A stretch of 64,000 nucleotides of DNA, from contig JBFWNU010000002.1 in assembly GCA_050250895.1 (NCBI GenBank), forward strand, positions 256,001 to 320,000. Direction: 5' to 3'. A program made the position numbers and the translations under genes. The notes beneath the pieces are model-generated. The model saw only the letters and a program-made list of their open reading frames with translations. It had not been told where the DNA came from and did not search any database. Positions 1 to 7,737 of this stretch are shown in pieces (positions within the stretch are counted from its first letter, which is position 1; each line of letters begins with the position of its first letter). Source of the DNA: Vulcanimicrobiota bacterium (lineage in GTDB: Bacteria > Vulcanimicrobiota > Xenobia > Xenobiales > JADMJV01).

Positions 1-774
1 CAGGGCTTCACTCCCGAGCAGCTCGACTTTCAAATCGAGATAGCCCGTCGAGCCCAGCAGTTGGGAGTGGCCGCCTTCATCGTGGCCGACCTGGCACTGC
101 TGCTGCGTCTGCGCCAGCAGCTGCCGGACATGCCGCTCCACCTGAGCAGTCTTGCCTCGTGCTTTAACCGGGCTTCCATCGACTTTTTCACCCATCTGGG
201 AGTGGAGCGCGTGGTGCTGCCCCGCCAGGTCACCCTCGACGAGATCGAGGCCTTGCGCAAGGCGTGCCCGAAGGTCGAGATCGAGGTCTTCATCCTCAAC
301 GACGGCTGCTTTTACGACGAGGGTGTGTGTGCCACCACCCATTCGCTCAAACCGTTCTGCATGACTCCCTGGCAAGAGACCTGGGAGCGCCGCGGGCAGC
401 CCCTCGACGCTGCCGATGCGGCGCGCGTGGCCACCCATCAAAAGGAACTGCAGAAAGTGCTCTGGGCCAACAACAACTGCGGTTGCTCGCCTTCGCCCAA
501 GGGTCTGCCCCAGGGGCCCTGCGGCCTGTGCGCCCTGCCGCGCCTGGCCGCCATGGGAGTCGACTCGCTCAAGATCGTCGGCCGCGAGGCGTCGGGCTTG
601 CGCAAACTGGCCAGCCTGCAGCTGGTGCGGGCGGTGGTCGAGCGAGTGCGGGCCGGACAGTCGGAAGACGAGGTCCAGCAGTTCGCCGTCCAGGTGCGCG
701 AGACGCCCGACCTGTGCGCCTCGGGCCGCATGTGCTACTACCGGGAAGTGCGATGGCGGCCCTCGCTCGTATAG
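1..774 (+). CDS. Peptidase U32 family Fe-S protein, 5' partial (UbiU/TrhP/RlhA-like)
   Basis: Frame open from base 1. U32 hallmarks LHLSSLASCFN, GVERVVLPRQVTLDEI, EVFILNDGC-x6-C, GVDSLKIVGRE, plus an extra CGC...CGLC cluster. Confidence 0.88.
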   Translation, partial: QGFTPEQLDFQIEIARRAQQLGVAAFIVADLALLLRLRQQLPDMPLHLSSLASCFNRASIDFFTHLGVERVVLPRQVTLDEIEALRKACPKVEIEVFILNDGCFYDEGVCATTHSLKPFCMTPWQETWERRGQPLDAADAARVATHQKELQKVLWANNNCGCSPSPKGLPQGPCGLCALPRLAAMGVDSLKIVGREASGLRKLASLQLVRAVVERVRAGQSEDEVQQFAVQVRETPDLCASGRMCYYREVRWRPSLV

Positions 775-2378
775 TTCCTTTTCTCAGGGGCTTTCGCCTC
801 AAGCTCGTTTTGATGTTCGGTCTGGCTCTGCTGGGAGTGGGCCTGAGCACCCTTTATCCCCTGGTGGGACGCTACCTGGTCGATCAGGTGCTGGTGCCAC
901 GCAACGAAGCCGGCCTGGTGCCGGCCCTGGGCGCCCTGGTCGGTCTGGCCCTGATAGGCTGGCTCATCCGCGGCCTGGGGCGCACCCTCAACGCGTTGAC
1001 CACGGCCGAGATTCTGATCGCGATGCGGACCCACCTTTTCTCGCACCTGTTGCGCCTGCCTCAGAGCTTCTTTGTACGCGCCCGGACCGGGGACCTGGTG
1101 GCCCGCCTGCACCAGGACCTGACCGAGGCCCAGCGGGTCGCCACCGACGTGGTCCCCGGCCTGCTGGCCGCGGCCCTGTCGGCCCTGGCTTCGCTGGGCA
1201 TGCTGCTCTATCTCGATTGGCGGCTGACGCTGGCCACCCTCAGCGTGGCTCCTTTCATGTTGTTGACCGTGAGCGCCCTGCGCGCCCCGCTCCGTCGGGG
1301 AGCCATGAGCATCCGTGACGCCGCCGCCCAGACCCTGGCCTTCGCCGTCGAGAGCGTGGGGCGGGTGCGCATGACGGCGGCTTACGACTGCCAGGACGAA
1401 GAGGTCGAGCGCTATCGCCAGCACAATCTCGGCATTCTCGGGGCTCTGCGTTCCTACCAGTGGCTTTCGGTGGGGGCCGGCAGCCTGCCGCCCATCCTGG
1501 TCGGAGTGGCCGGAATGGTGGTGTTTTACTGGGGTGGCCGCCAGGTGCTCGCGGGCCAGATGACGGTCGGAGATCTGCTGGCCTACGCCGCCTATCAGGT
1601 GCGCTTCTTCGCTCCCGTGCAAGATTTGGCCCGAGGAGGCTTTCGTCTGGCCACCGGCCGGGCTGCCCTCGACCGCGTTTTCGAGGTGCTGGATCTGCCC
1701 CCGGCCGACCCTCCCGAACTCGAACCGCAGACGGTCTCGGGCCCTATCGAGTGGGATCAGGTCAGCTTTGCCTATCCCGGCCGCGGACCGCTACTCGAGC
1801 GCGTCAGCCTGCGTCTTGACCCCGGCGAGATCGTGGCCCTCACCGGCCCCAACGGGGTGGGCAAGACCACCCTGATCTGGCTGTTGCTCGGTTTCGAGAA
1901 GCCTGCCTCGGGAGCCATCCGCATCGGCGGCATCGCGCTCGACGAGATCCACCCCAGGGCGGTGCGCCGGGCCGTGACCCTGGTCCCCCAGGAAGCTTAT
2001 CTGCTCAATGCTAGCCTGGAAGACAATCTACGTTTCGCTGACCCCCAGGCCAGCCAGGCCGAACTCGACGAGGCGGCTGCCCTGGCCGGCATCGAGCTCC
2101 CCCTTTCCACCCTGGTAGGCGAGCGAGGCCTGGCCCTGTCTGACGGCCAGCGCCAGCGGGTGGCCCTGGCTCGCGGTTTGCTACGCAAGACTCCCGTGCT
2201 GATCCTCGACGAGGCCACTTCGGCCGTCGACGGCCCCTCTGAGGCCCGCCTCTTCCCCGCCCTGCGCGAACGCGGCCTGACCGTGCTGGTGCTGGCCCAC
2301 CGCGACTCCACCGTCGAGCAGGCCGACCGGGTGGTGCGCCTCGAGGCCGGTCGGGTGGTCGAAGCCGCCCCGTGCTAG
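753..2378 (+). CDS. ABC exporter, fused permease and ATPase (QhpF/MsbA-like)
   Basis: ATG at 753 (MAALARIVPF) overlaps the U32 stop. Multi-TM N-half, Walker A GPNGVGKT, signature LSDGQRQR, Walker B ILDEATS. Confidence 0.92.
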   Translation: MAALARIVPFLRGFRLKLVLMFGLALLGVGLSTLYPLVGRYLVDQVLVPRNEAGLVPALGALVGLALIGWLIRGLGRTLNALTTAEILIAMRTHLFSHLLRLPQSFFVRARTGDLVARLHQDLTEAQRVATDVVPGLLAAALSALASLGMLLYLDWRLTLATLSVAPFMLLTVSALRAPLRRGAMSIRDAAAQTLAFAVESVGRVRMTAAYDCQDEEVERYRQHNLGILGALRSYQWLSVGAGSLPPILVGVAGMVVFYWGGRQVLAGQMTVGDLLAYAAYQVRFFAPVQDLARGGFRLATGRAALDRVFEVLDLPPADPPELEPQTVSGPIEWDQVSFAYPGRGPLLERVSLRLDPGEIVALTGPNGVGKTTLIWLLLGFEKPASGAIRIGGIALDEIHPRAVRRAVTLVPQEAYLLNASLEDNLRFADPQASQAELDEAAALAGIELPLSTLVGERGLALSDGQRQRVALARGLLRKTPVLILDEATSAVDGPSEARLFPALRERGLTVLVLAHRDSTVEQADRVVRLEAGRVVEAAPC

Positions 2379-3001
2379 CCGGATTCACCGGACGCGGGGT
2401 CCGCATCGCCCTGATCGATAGCGGAGTCAATCCTCACCACTCGCACCTCACCCGGGTGGCTCCGGGCCACTCCCTGGTTTCCGACGATACTCTCGACCAC
2501 ATCGGGCACGGCACGGCCATCGCGGGCGTGGTCCACTGGTGGGCCAGCCAGGCCGAGATCGTGCCGGTCAAGATCTTCGATCACCAGCTGCGCTGCCCCA
2601 CCGAGTTGGCCCAACAGGCCGTGGCCTGGGCCGTCGAGCAGGCTATTCCCCTGATCGGCCTGTCGCTGGCCGGGCGCGAAGAAGAGGGCTGGTCTAACTG
2701 CATACCCTCCAGTTCGCTGCTGGTCGCCTCGGCCGCCAATCGCTTTGCCGGAGGCTTTCCGGCTGTGTTGCCCGGCGTGCTGGGCGTGCAGGGCGTGCCG
2801 GCCCACACCTTCCGCAGCCTGGACGGACCCATCGACCTCGAGGCGCCCGGCCTGCCCCGCAGCCTGCCCGAGGATCGGCCCAACTTTCGCGGCAACAGCA
2901 TGGCCGTGGGCCATGCCCTGGGCCTCCTGGCCCGTCGCCTCGAGCAGCAGCCCGAGTCGACCCCAGCCCAATTGCTGGCCTGGCTGCGCCAGAGCGGTTA
3001 G
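2372..3001 (+). CDS. Minimal subtilisin-like S8 protease (QhpE-like)
   Basis: Catalytic triad motifs IDSG, GHGT, GNSMA in only 209 aa. No signal peptide or propeptide. Confidence 0.85.
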   Translation: MLAGFTGRGVRIALIDSGVNPHHSHLTRVAPGHSLVSDDTLDHIGHGTAIAGVVHWWASQAEIVPVKIFDHQLRCPTELAQQAVAWAVEQAIPLIGLSLAGREEEGWSNCIPSSSLLVASAANRFAGGFPAVLPGVLGVQGVPAHTFRSLDGPIDLEAPGLPRSLPEDRPNFRGNSMAVGHALGLLARRLEQQPESTPAQLLAWLRQSG

Positions 3002-3906
3002 GAGCAGGGGCCCTCGCAGCAGTAGTAGTTGCCACTGCCGCCCATGATCGCGGCCTGACGAGCGTCGTCACAGCGGCGCTGGCAGATGTTGAAGCCGCCA
3101 AAGTTGCAGATGAAATTGGTGCCGTTCTCGACGCAGACCGGAAAGCCGTCGGGGTTGTCGTCGGTGCACGAATCAGCGGCCGAGCAAGGCGTGCCCGAGA
3201 TGCCCGGGCAACTGCGCTGGGTCATGCAAAAACAGGTGCAGCTTCCTCCGGTGCAAAGGTCCTGGCAAAAGCAGGCGGTGCTGTCGCAACAGGACACGCA
3301 GCCGTTGGGGGGAGTGGTGGCTGAGGGTACCCCCATGGCGTCGCACTGGGTGCATCCCTGGTCGTCGATACAGGCCGAAGCCGCCGCCACCGGCCCAGGG
3401 GCTGCCGCCAGGGAGATTACAGGCAACACGGCGGCCGCCCTGGCAAAACTCGCCAGGAATGTCCGGCGACTGGCCGAGCAGGCGAGCGGTGTGTCGACCG
3501 GAATGATCCGCTGCCGGCGAAACTCGCCCAGGGCCTGCCACAACAGCCCGAGGCCACCCATTTCGTCAGCCGCTTCGTGCACCAGGGTCTGGCCGTCGCA
3601 CAGTTCGTAGAGGCGCCGAGCCGGACCGTTGAGCAGCAGTAGCCCCGTGCGTAGGCGATGATAGAGCATCATCTCGTCTTGCACCGGTTGGCCCAGATAG
3701 TCGTGCGCTTGGGGCATCTCGGCAGGAGCGGTCAAGCCCTCGCGGTCGAACCGTTCGAGCGCCGCCTTGAGGGCCTCGTCGCTCATTCCCAGGCGTGAGG
3801 CTGCCACCGTGCGCGGTGTCCGGCCGTCGCAAAATTCGAGCAGAGGCAGATCTTCCGGTGGTAGATTAGTGTCGGCAATCTTGAATGGCATTATGACAGA
3901 GTTCAT
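2998..3906 (-). CDS. Tandem PqqD/RRE-like domains, twin-arginine segment and Cys-rich C-terminal domain
   Basis: Two PqqD-like motifs (LLEFCDGRT; LLNGPARRLYELCDGQT), internal SRRTFL plus hydrophobic stretch ending AAA, then 126 aa with 22 Cys. Confidence 0.75.
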   Translation of the reverse strand: MNSVIMPFKIADTNLPPEDLPLLEFCDGRTPRTVAASRLGMSDEALKAALERFDREGLTAPAEMPQAHDYLGQPVQDEMMLYHRLRTGLLLLNGPARRLYELCDGQTLVHEAADEMGGLGLLWQALGEFRRQRIIPVDTPLACSASRRTFLASFARAAAVLPVISLAAAPGPVAAASACIDDQGCTQCDAMGVPSATTPPNGCVSCCDSTACFCQDLCTGGSCTCFCMTQRSCPGISGTPCSAADSCTDDNPDGFPVCVENGTNFICNFGGFNICQRRCDDARQAAIMGGSGNYYCCEGPCS

Positions 3907-4034
3907 AGTCCAGCCTTCGCAGGCCGTCGCAGGGCTCCTGCGGTGACAGGCGACACCGACTCTCGGCGTCGGTTGTCACTGATTTCTTAGCCGCCAGGCC
4001 TCACCATGGACTCATCCCAACCAAGGAGGTCCCC

Positions 4035-4832
4035 ATGGACAGCATCTCAGCCACCAACAAACAAAACCCCGTGTCCCCCGTCGACCGGCCCAAGGCCCCT
4101 CTTCGAGCCCGGCCAAAGGGGCCCGAAGACGTGCTTGCGACCGGAAGCCGCACTAGCCCCGAGCAGCAGCAACTCGCCGAGTTGCGGCGCCAGGCCGTGG
4201 CCCAAGGCTACGAGCTGAAACGCCGTAAAGACGGGAGCCGAGTACTCTTGCCGCCCGAACGCCAACCTGGCTTGATGGAGCGGATGGCCGATCAGTTCGG
4301 AAGTCAGCAGCACGTCAAGGACTCGCTTGTGTTTCTCGGTGGAGAACTCGAGGCAGCCGTCCCCATGAACGGGACGGGCGTTGAATTTTGTACGATGGGT
4401 GTACGTTCGCTGATGGACACGTATGACGACTTCAAAGACCCCCGACAGACCCTTCGGCGTCCCCTGGAAACCATGGAGCGAGTGGCCCAGAAGGGAATGC
4501 AATACGTCGATCACCCGCAAGCACTCGTGAACGACGTGAGACGAGGGGCAGAGCGCGTGCGGAGCGATTTCACCAAGCCGTTTCGTGACGGGGATATGCG
4601 GGAGGCCGGAAAGATCACCTACGCAGCCATCGATGTGACCGTTCACGGGGTGGCAGCCGCCCGGGCTCGGATGCCAGGCAAGGCGCCGGACGTGCCGACT
4701 AGCATCGGGCCCCAGGGTCCCGGCGGAGGACCGTTGCCCCGCAAGCCTGTCGAGAAGCCCAGCGACCTGCAACTTCTGGGCGATGTCTTCTCCCGCGTGA
4801 ACTCGGCCGCTCAGGTTAAAAGGGAGCCTTAG
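4035..4832 (+). CDS. Hypothetical protein with low-complexity N-terminus
   Basis: AAGGAGG RBS upstream; 265-aa ORF; no recognised domain. Confidence 0.7.
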   Translation: MDSISATNKQNPVSPVDRPKAPLRARPKGPEDVLATGSRTSPEQQQLAELRRQAVAQGYELKRRKDGSRVLLPPERQPGLMERMADQFGSQQHVKDSLVFLGGELEAAVPMNGTGVEFCTMGVRSLMDTYDDFKDPRQTLRRPLETMERVAQKGMQYVDHPQALVNDVRRGAERVRSDFTKPFRDGDMREAGKITYAAIDVTVHGVAAARARMPGKAPDVPTSIGPQGPGGGPLPRKPVEKPSDLQLLGDVFSRVNSAAQVKREP

Positions 4833-5064
4833 TCCTGGGTCCGGCGGCGAGGCTCGACCGTGAACGGCGCCGAGCTCAGTCGCCGGGCCACCCCGTCCTG
4901 CCACACGATGACCTGGATGCGGTAGGGCGGGGGCTTACCTATCTCTTCCCGAAGAGCGGCAGAGATTCGCTCCTTTTCCCGTCGACGAAGTCGGCGCTCC
5001 CTCTCCCGGCCTCTGGCCGCTCCTTTCTCCTCGACGAAGTCGAGGCTCCCTTGCCCGAAGGGCG

Positions 5065-5814
5065 CTACTGCGCGTAGCCGTGGACACGATTGCGCCAGCC
5101 TTGCAGCCAGCGCGACTCGCCGCGTTCTGGCGGGGAGTTCTGGACGCGGCGAGTGAGCACCCGGTCGGCTGCCTTCGAGAAATCGGCCAGCGGATTGGCC
5201 TCGTCGCGCATCTCCTGCAGCACCTGCAACAATCCCCAGCCCTGGCCGTGGTAGCGCTCCTTGGGGCTGGTGCCTTCGCCCTTGAAGTTGACGTAGTCGA
5301 GCAGCGGATAGATGCCCTTGCCCCGCACTCGCTCGAAACGCTGGCGAATCACTTCTTGCTCGGCCGGCTCGAGTTCGGCCATGATCTTGGGCAGGGTCTC
5401 GGACAACCGCTGGGCCGCAAAGCGCGCTTGCAGGGCCGTGGTCTCGGAGAGCAGCCGGCGCAGGCTCTTCAAGCGGGGGCCGTTGAAGTCGGCCATGAAG
5501 GCGTCGCGGCTGTTCCAGGGGCAGTCCCTGGTGGTCTCGAGCCAGGCCGGCAGCTTGGCCCCGTTGGCCTTGAGATACTCGACCAGTTTGGGAAAACTCT
5601 CTTGGAACGGACCCTCTTGCCCGGCCGGATACCAGATGAAGTGCCCAATGCCCAAAGAGGCAAAGCTCTCGCCGTGGTTCCACGAGGTCAGCCCGTCGAT
5701 GCGGCCGCCACACTCGTTTTGCCACAGCCGTTTGCCGGCCGCCTGAACGTCGGCATCGCCGGGTTGGGCCAGGGCCGGCGCCACCAGCAGTAGAAAAATA
5801 ATCAAGATCCGCAT
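5065..5814 (-). CDS. Secreted conserved hypothetical protein (possible lysozyme-like fold)
   Basis: ATG at 5814 begins a Sec signal MRILIIFLLLVAPALA. Motifs NECGG, SLGIGHFIWYP, DYVNFKGEG, GWGLLQVL. Confidence 0.75.
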   Translation of the reverse strand: MRILIIFLLLVAPALAQPGDADVQAAGKRLWQNECGGRIDGLTSWNHGESFASLGIGHFIWYPAGQEGPFQESFPKLVEYLKANGAKLPAWLETTRDCPWNSRDAFMADFNGPRLKSLRRLLSETTALQARFAAQRLSETLPKIMAELEPAEQEVIRQRFERVRGKGIYPLLDYVNFKGEGTSPKERYHGQGWGLLQVLQEMRDEANPLADFSKAADRVLTRRVQNSPPERGESRWLQGWRNRVHGYAQ

Positions 5815-5816
5815 GC

Positions 5817-6884
5817 TCACGATTTCGCCGCCCCAACCTCGCCTTCCCCTCTCCTTCCTGACAACCGCCGCCAGGCCAGGGCCGTCGCATCGTCGGTCTG
5901 GGGGTTTTTGGCGAAACTCTCCAGCCGCGAGAACAACTGGGGAAGCAACCTGTCGCAGGGCTCCGATTTCAGTTCCACCAGGGCGTCCCGTAGCCGGTCC
6001 TCGCCGAACTGTTCCCCTGCTTGATTGCGCCACTCCACCAGACCGTCGGTCCCCAGCAGCCAGAGTTCGTTGGTCTCGACTGGATAGGGGCCGGCCAGCT
6101 GCCACTCGAAATCGAGGTCGACACCCAGCGGTGGGCCGGTCGCCGGCAACCACTCGAGCTGGCTGCCGAGCTTCAAGAGGGGACCGTGCCCGGCGCTGAC
6201 ATAGAATAGCTCGTGAGACTCGAGGTCGAGGACCACCAGGCAGGCGGTGACGAATCGGTCGTGGAGATCGCGACCTAGCAGGCGATTCACCCCGGTGACG
6301 ACCTGCAAGGGGTCGGACCACTCTGAAAGCAGGGCCCGAAAATAGGCCCTGCATTGGCTCACCAGGATGGTCGAGTCGACCCCATGGCCGGTGGCATCCG
6401 CCACCAGCAGCGCTCGCAGGCCATCGCCAAACTCGACCACGTCATAGAGGTCGCCTCCGGTCAGGTGGGCCGGTCTGAGCAAGCCCGCCAGCTCGTAGCC
6501 GGGCAGGCGCATCGAGGCCGGCAAGAGCGACTGAATCAGCTCGCCGGCTCTGGCCATGTCGCGTTCTAATCGACTTTTAGCCCTGGCCTCGTCGAGAAGC
6601 ATCTGGCGCTTGATGGCGATCGAGGCCAGGCCGGCCAGAAGCTCGGCGTTGGGGACGTCAAGGGGGGCGCCGGTCCAGATTTCGAGCAGCCCATAGGCAT
6701 CGTCAGTGTCCTGGAGAGGAAAGACCACCAGCTCTGACTCAGCCTCTGAGACCTCTTCACCGGCCAGTCGCACCCGCGCCCGGCGGCAGTCGAGCAGGCG
6801 CACACAGGCCTGCTCGACCACCGTCTTGAGCGTCTCGAGGTCGAAGGTTTCGGCCAGGGATTTGACCACCTCGAGTAGCTGCAT
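5817..6884 (-). CDS. PP2C/SpoIIE-family Ser phosphatase (RsbU-like) with degenerate GAF
   Basis: GGDLYD, VADATGHG, SAGH, TDGLVE and DDAT motifs. Confidence 0.9.
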   Translation of the reverse strand: MQLLEVVKSLAETFDLETLKTVVEQACVRLLDCRRARVRLAGEEVSEAESELVVFPLQDTDDAYGLLEIWTGAPLDVPNAELLAGLASIAIKRQMLLDEARAKSRLERDMARAGELIQSLLPASMRLPGYELAGLLRPAHLTGGDLYDVVEFGDGLRALLVADATGHGVDSTILVSQCRAYFRALLSEWSDPLQVVTGVNRLLGRDLHDRFVTACLVVLDLESHELFYVSAGHGPLLKLGSQLEWLPATGPPLGVDLDFEWQLAGPYPVETNELWLLGTDGLVEWRNQAGEQFGEDRLRDALVELKSEPCDRLLPQLFSRLESFAKNPQTDDATALAWRRLSGRRGEGEVGAAKS

Positions 6885-6888
6885 GGAC

Positions 6889-7737
6889 CTACTTCTGCTG
6901 GGTCAACCTGGTATGGTCCACCGTGAGCTGGTCGTAGGCAGCTTTGGGCAGGCCGAAGACCAGGTCGTAGTCGTTGCGCAGGATGTAGGTCTGGTCGCCT
7001 GACTCGAAGAGCTGATAGACGTGCTGGCCATCGGCGGCGGTCACCTTGAGCACCTTGGTGTCGGCCGGGGTGACCTGTTCGGGAGCGGTCACCCGCAGGT
7101 GGGCCAGCGCGGCCGTCAACTGGCCGACCTTGTTCGAGTCGACCTCGCCCTGGGCCAGCTTCCAGCCGCCCGAGTTCTCGAGGCGATAGTCGCCACCTTC
7201 GATGACGGTCGGGTTCTTGGCTGCCAAAAGGCCAGGGTCAAACCAGGCCTCGCCGCTGGTGGGCAGGTCGTAGGAGTTGAGCGAGACCGAGTAGGTTTTC
7301 TGGTCGCCGTCGACCCGAACGTGGGCCTGGCGAAACGAGGGCGAGCTGCCGACATAGAGGCGACCCAGCAACTTCTCGCCCTGGTAGAACTCGACACGGC
7401 GCTGGAACTTGTCCTGCTCCACCTCGAAGCGTGGGAAGGCGCTGGCCGTGGTGGCCACCGGCCAGCCCGTCTTGAGGTTGGAGAGATCGCTCAAGAGCGT
7501 CTTCACCCGGGCCGAGTTGGCTGGCAGCTTGTGAAAGTCGGGCAGGATCCAGTCCTGGCCCTGCAGCTTCAAGACCACCGTCTCTTCCGGGTCGGCGATG
7601 ACCAGGCGGTTGGCCTGAGCCAGCTCGAAGCTCAACAGCGGAGAGGGCTCGGGCTGGGTGCGGTGGTTGGCCAGGGCCAGACCACCGGCCACCACCAGTT
7701 GCACCACCAACAGAACGAGTAGCTTTTTCCTAAGCAT
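6889..7737 (-). CDS. DUF4340-like accessory protein of a Gld-type ABC system
   Basis: N-terminal TM anchor; directly downstream of the GldF/G-like gene, the usual position for this family. Confidence 0.7.
   Translation of the reverse strand: MLRKKLLVLLVVQLVVAGGLALANHRTQPEPSPLLSFELAQANRLVIADPEETVVLKLQGQDWILPDFHKLPANSARVKTLLSDLSNLKTGWPVATTASAFPRFEVEQDKFQRRVEFYQGEKLLGRLYVGSSPSFRQAHVRVDGDQKTYSVSLNSYDLPTSGEAWFDPGLLAAKNPTVIEGGDYRLENSGGWKLAQGEVDSNKVGQLTAALAHLRVTAPEQVTPADTKVLKVTAADGQHVYQLFESGDQTYILRNDYDLVFGLPKAAYDQLTVDHTRLTQQK

Noticed and set aside
264-752. N-terminal extension of the 704-aa ABC ORF
   Set aside because: It overlaps the U32 gene in another frame and reads as Arg/Pro/Gly noise; the real start is ATG 753.
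4833-5064. Minus-strand coding-like tail (PPYRIQVIVWQDG) and a repeated TCGACGAAGTCG
   Set aside because: No credible start codon and only two short repeat copies; possibly a remnant, but not supportable.
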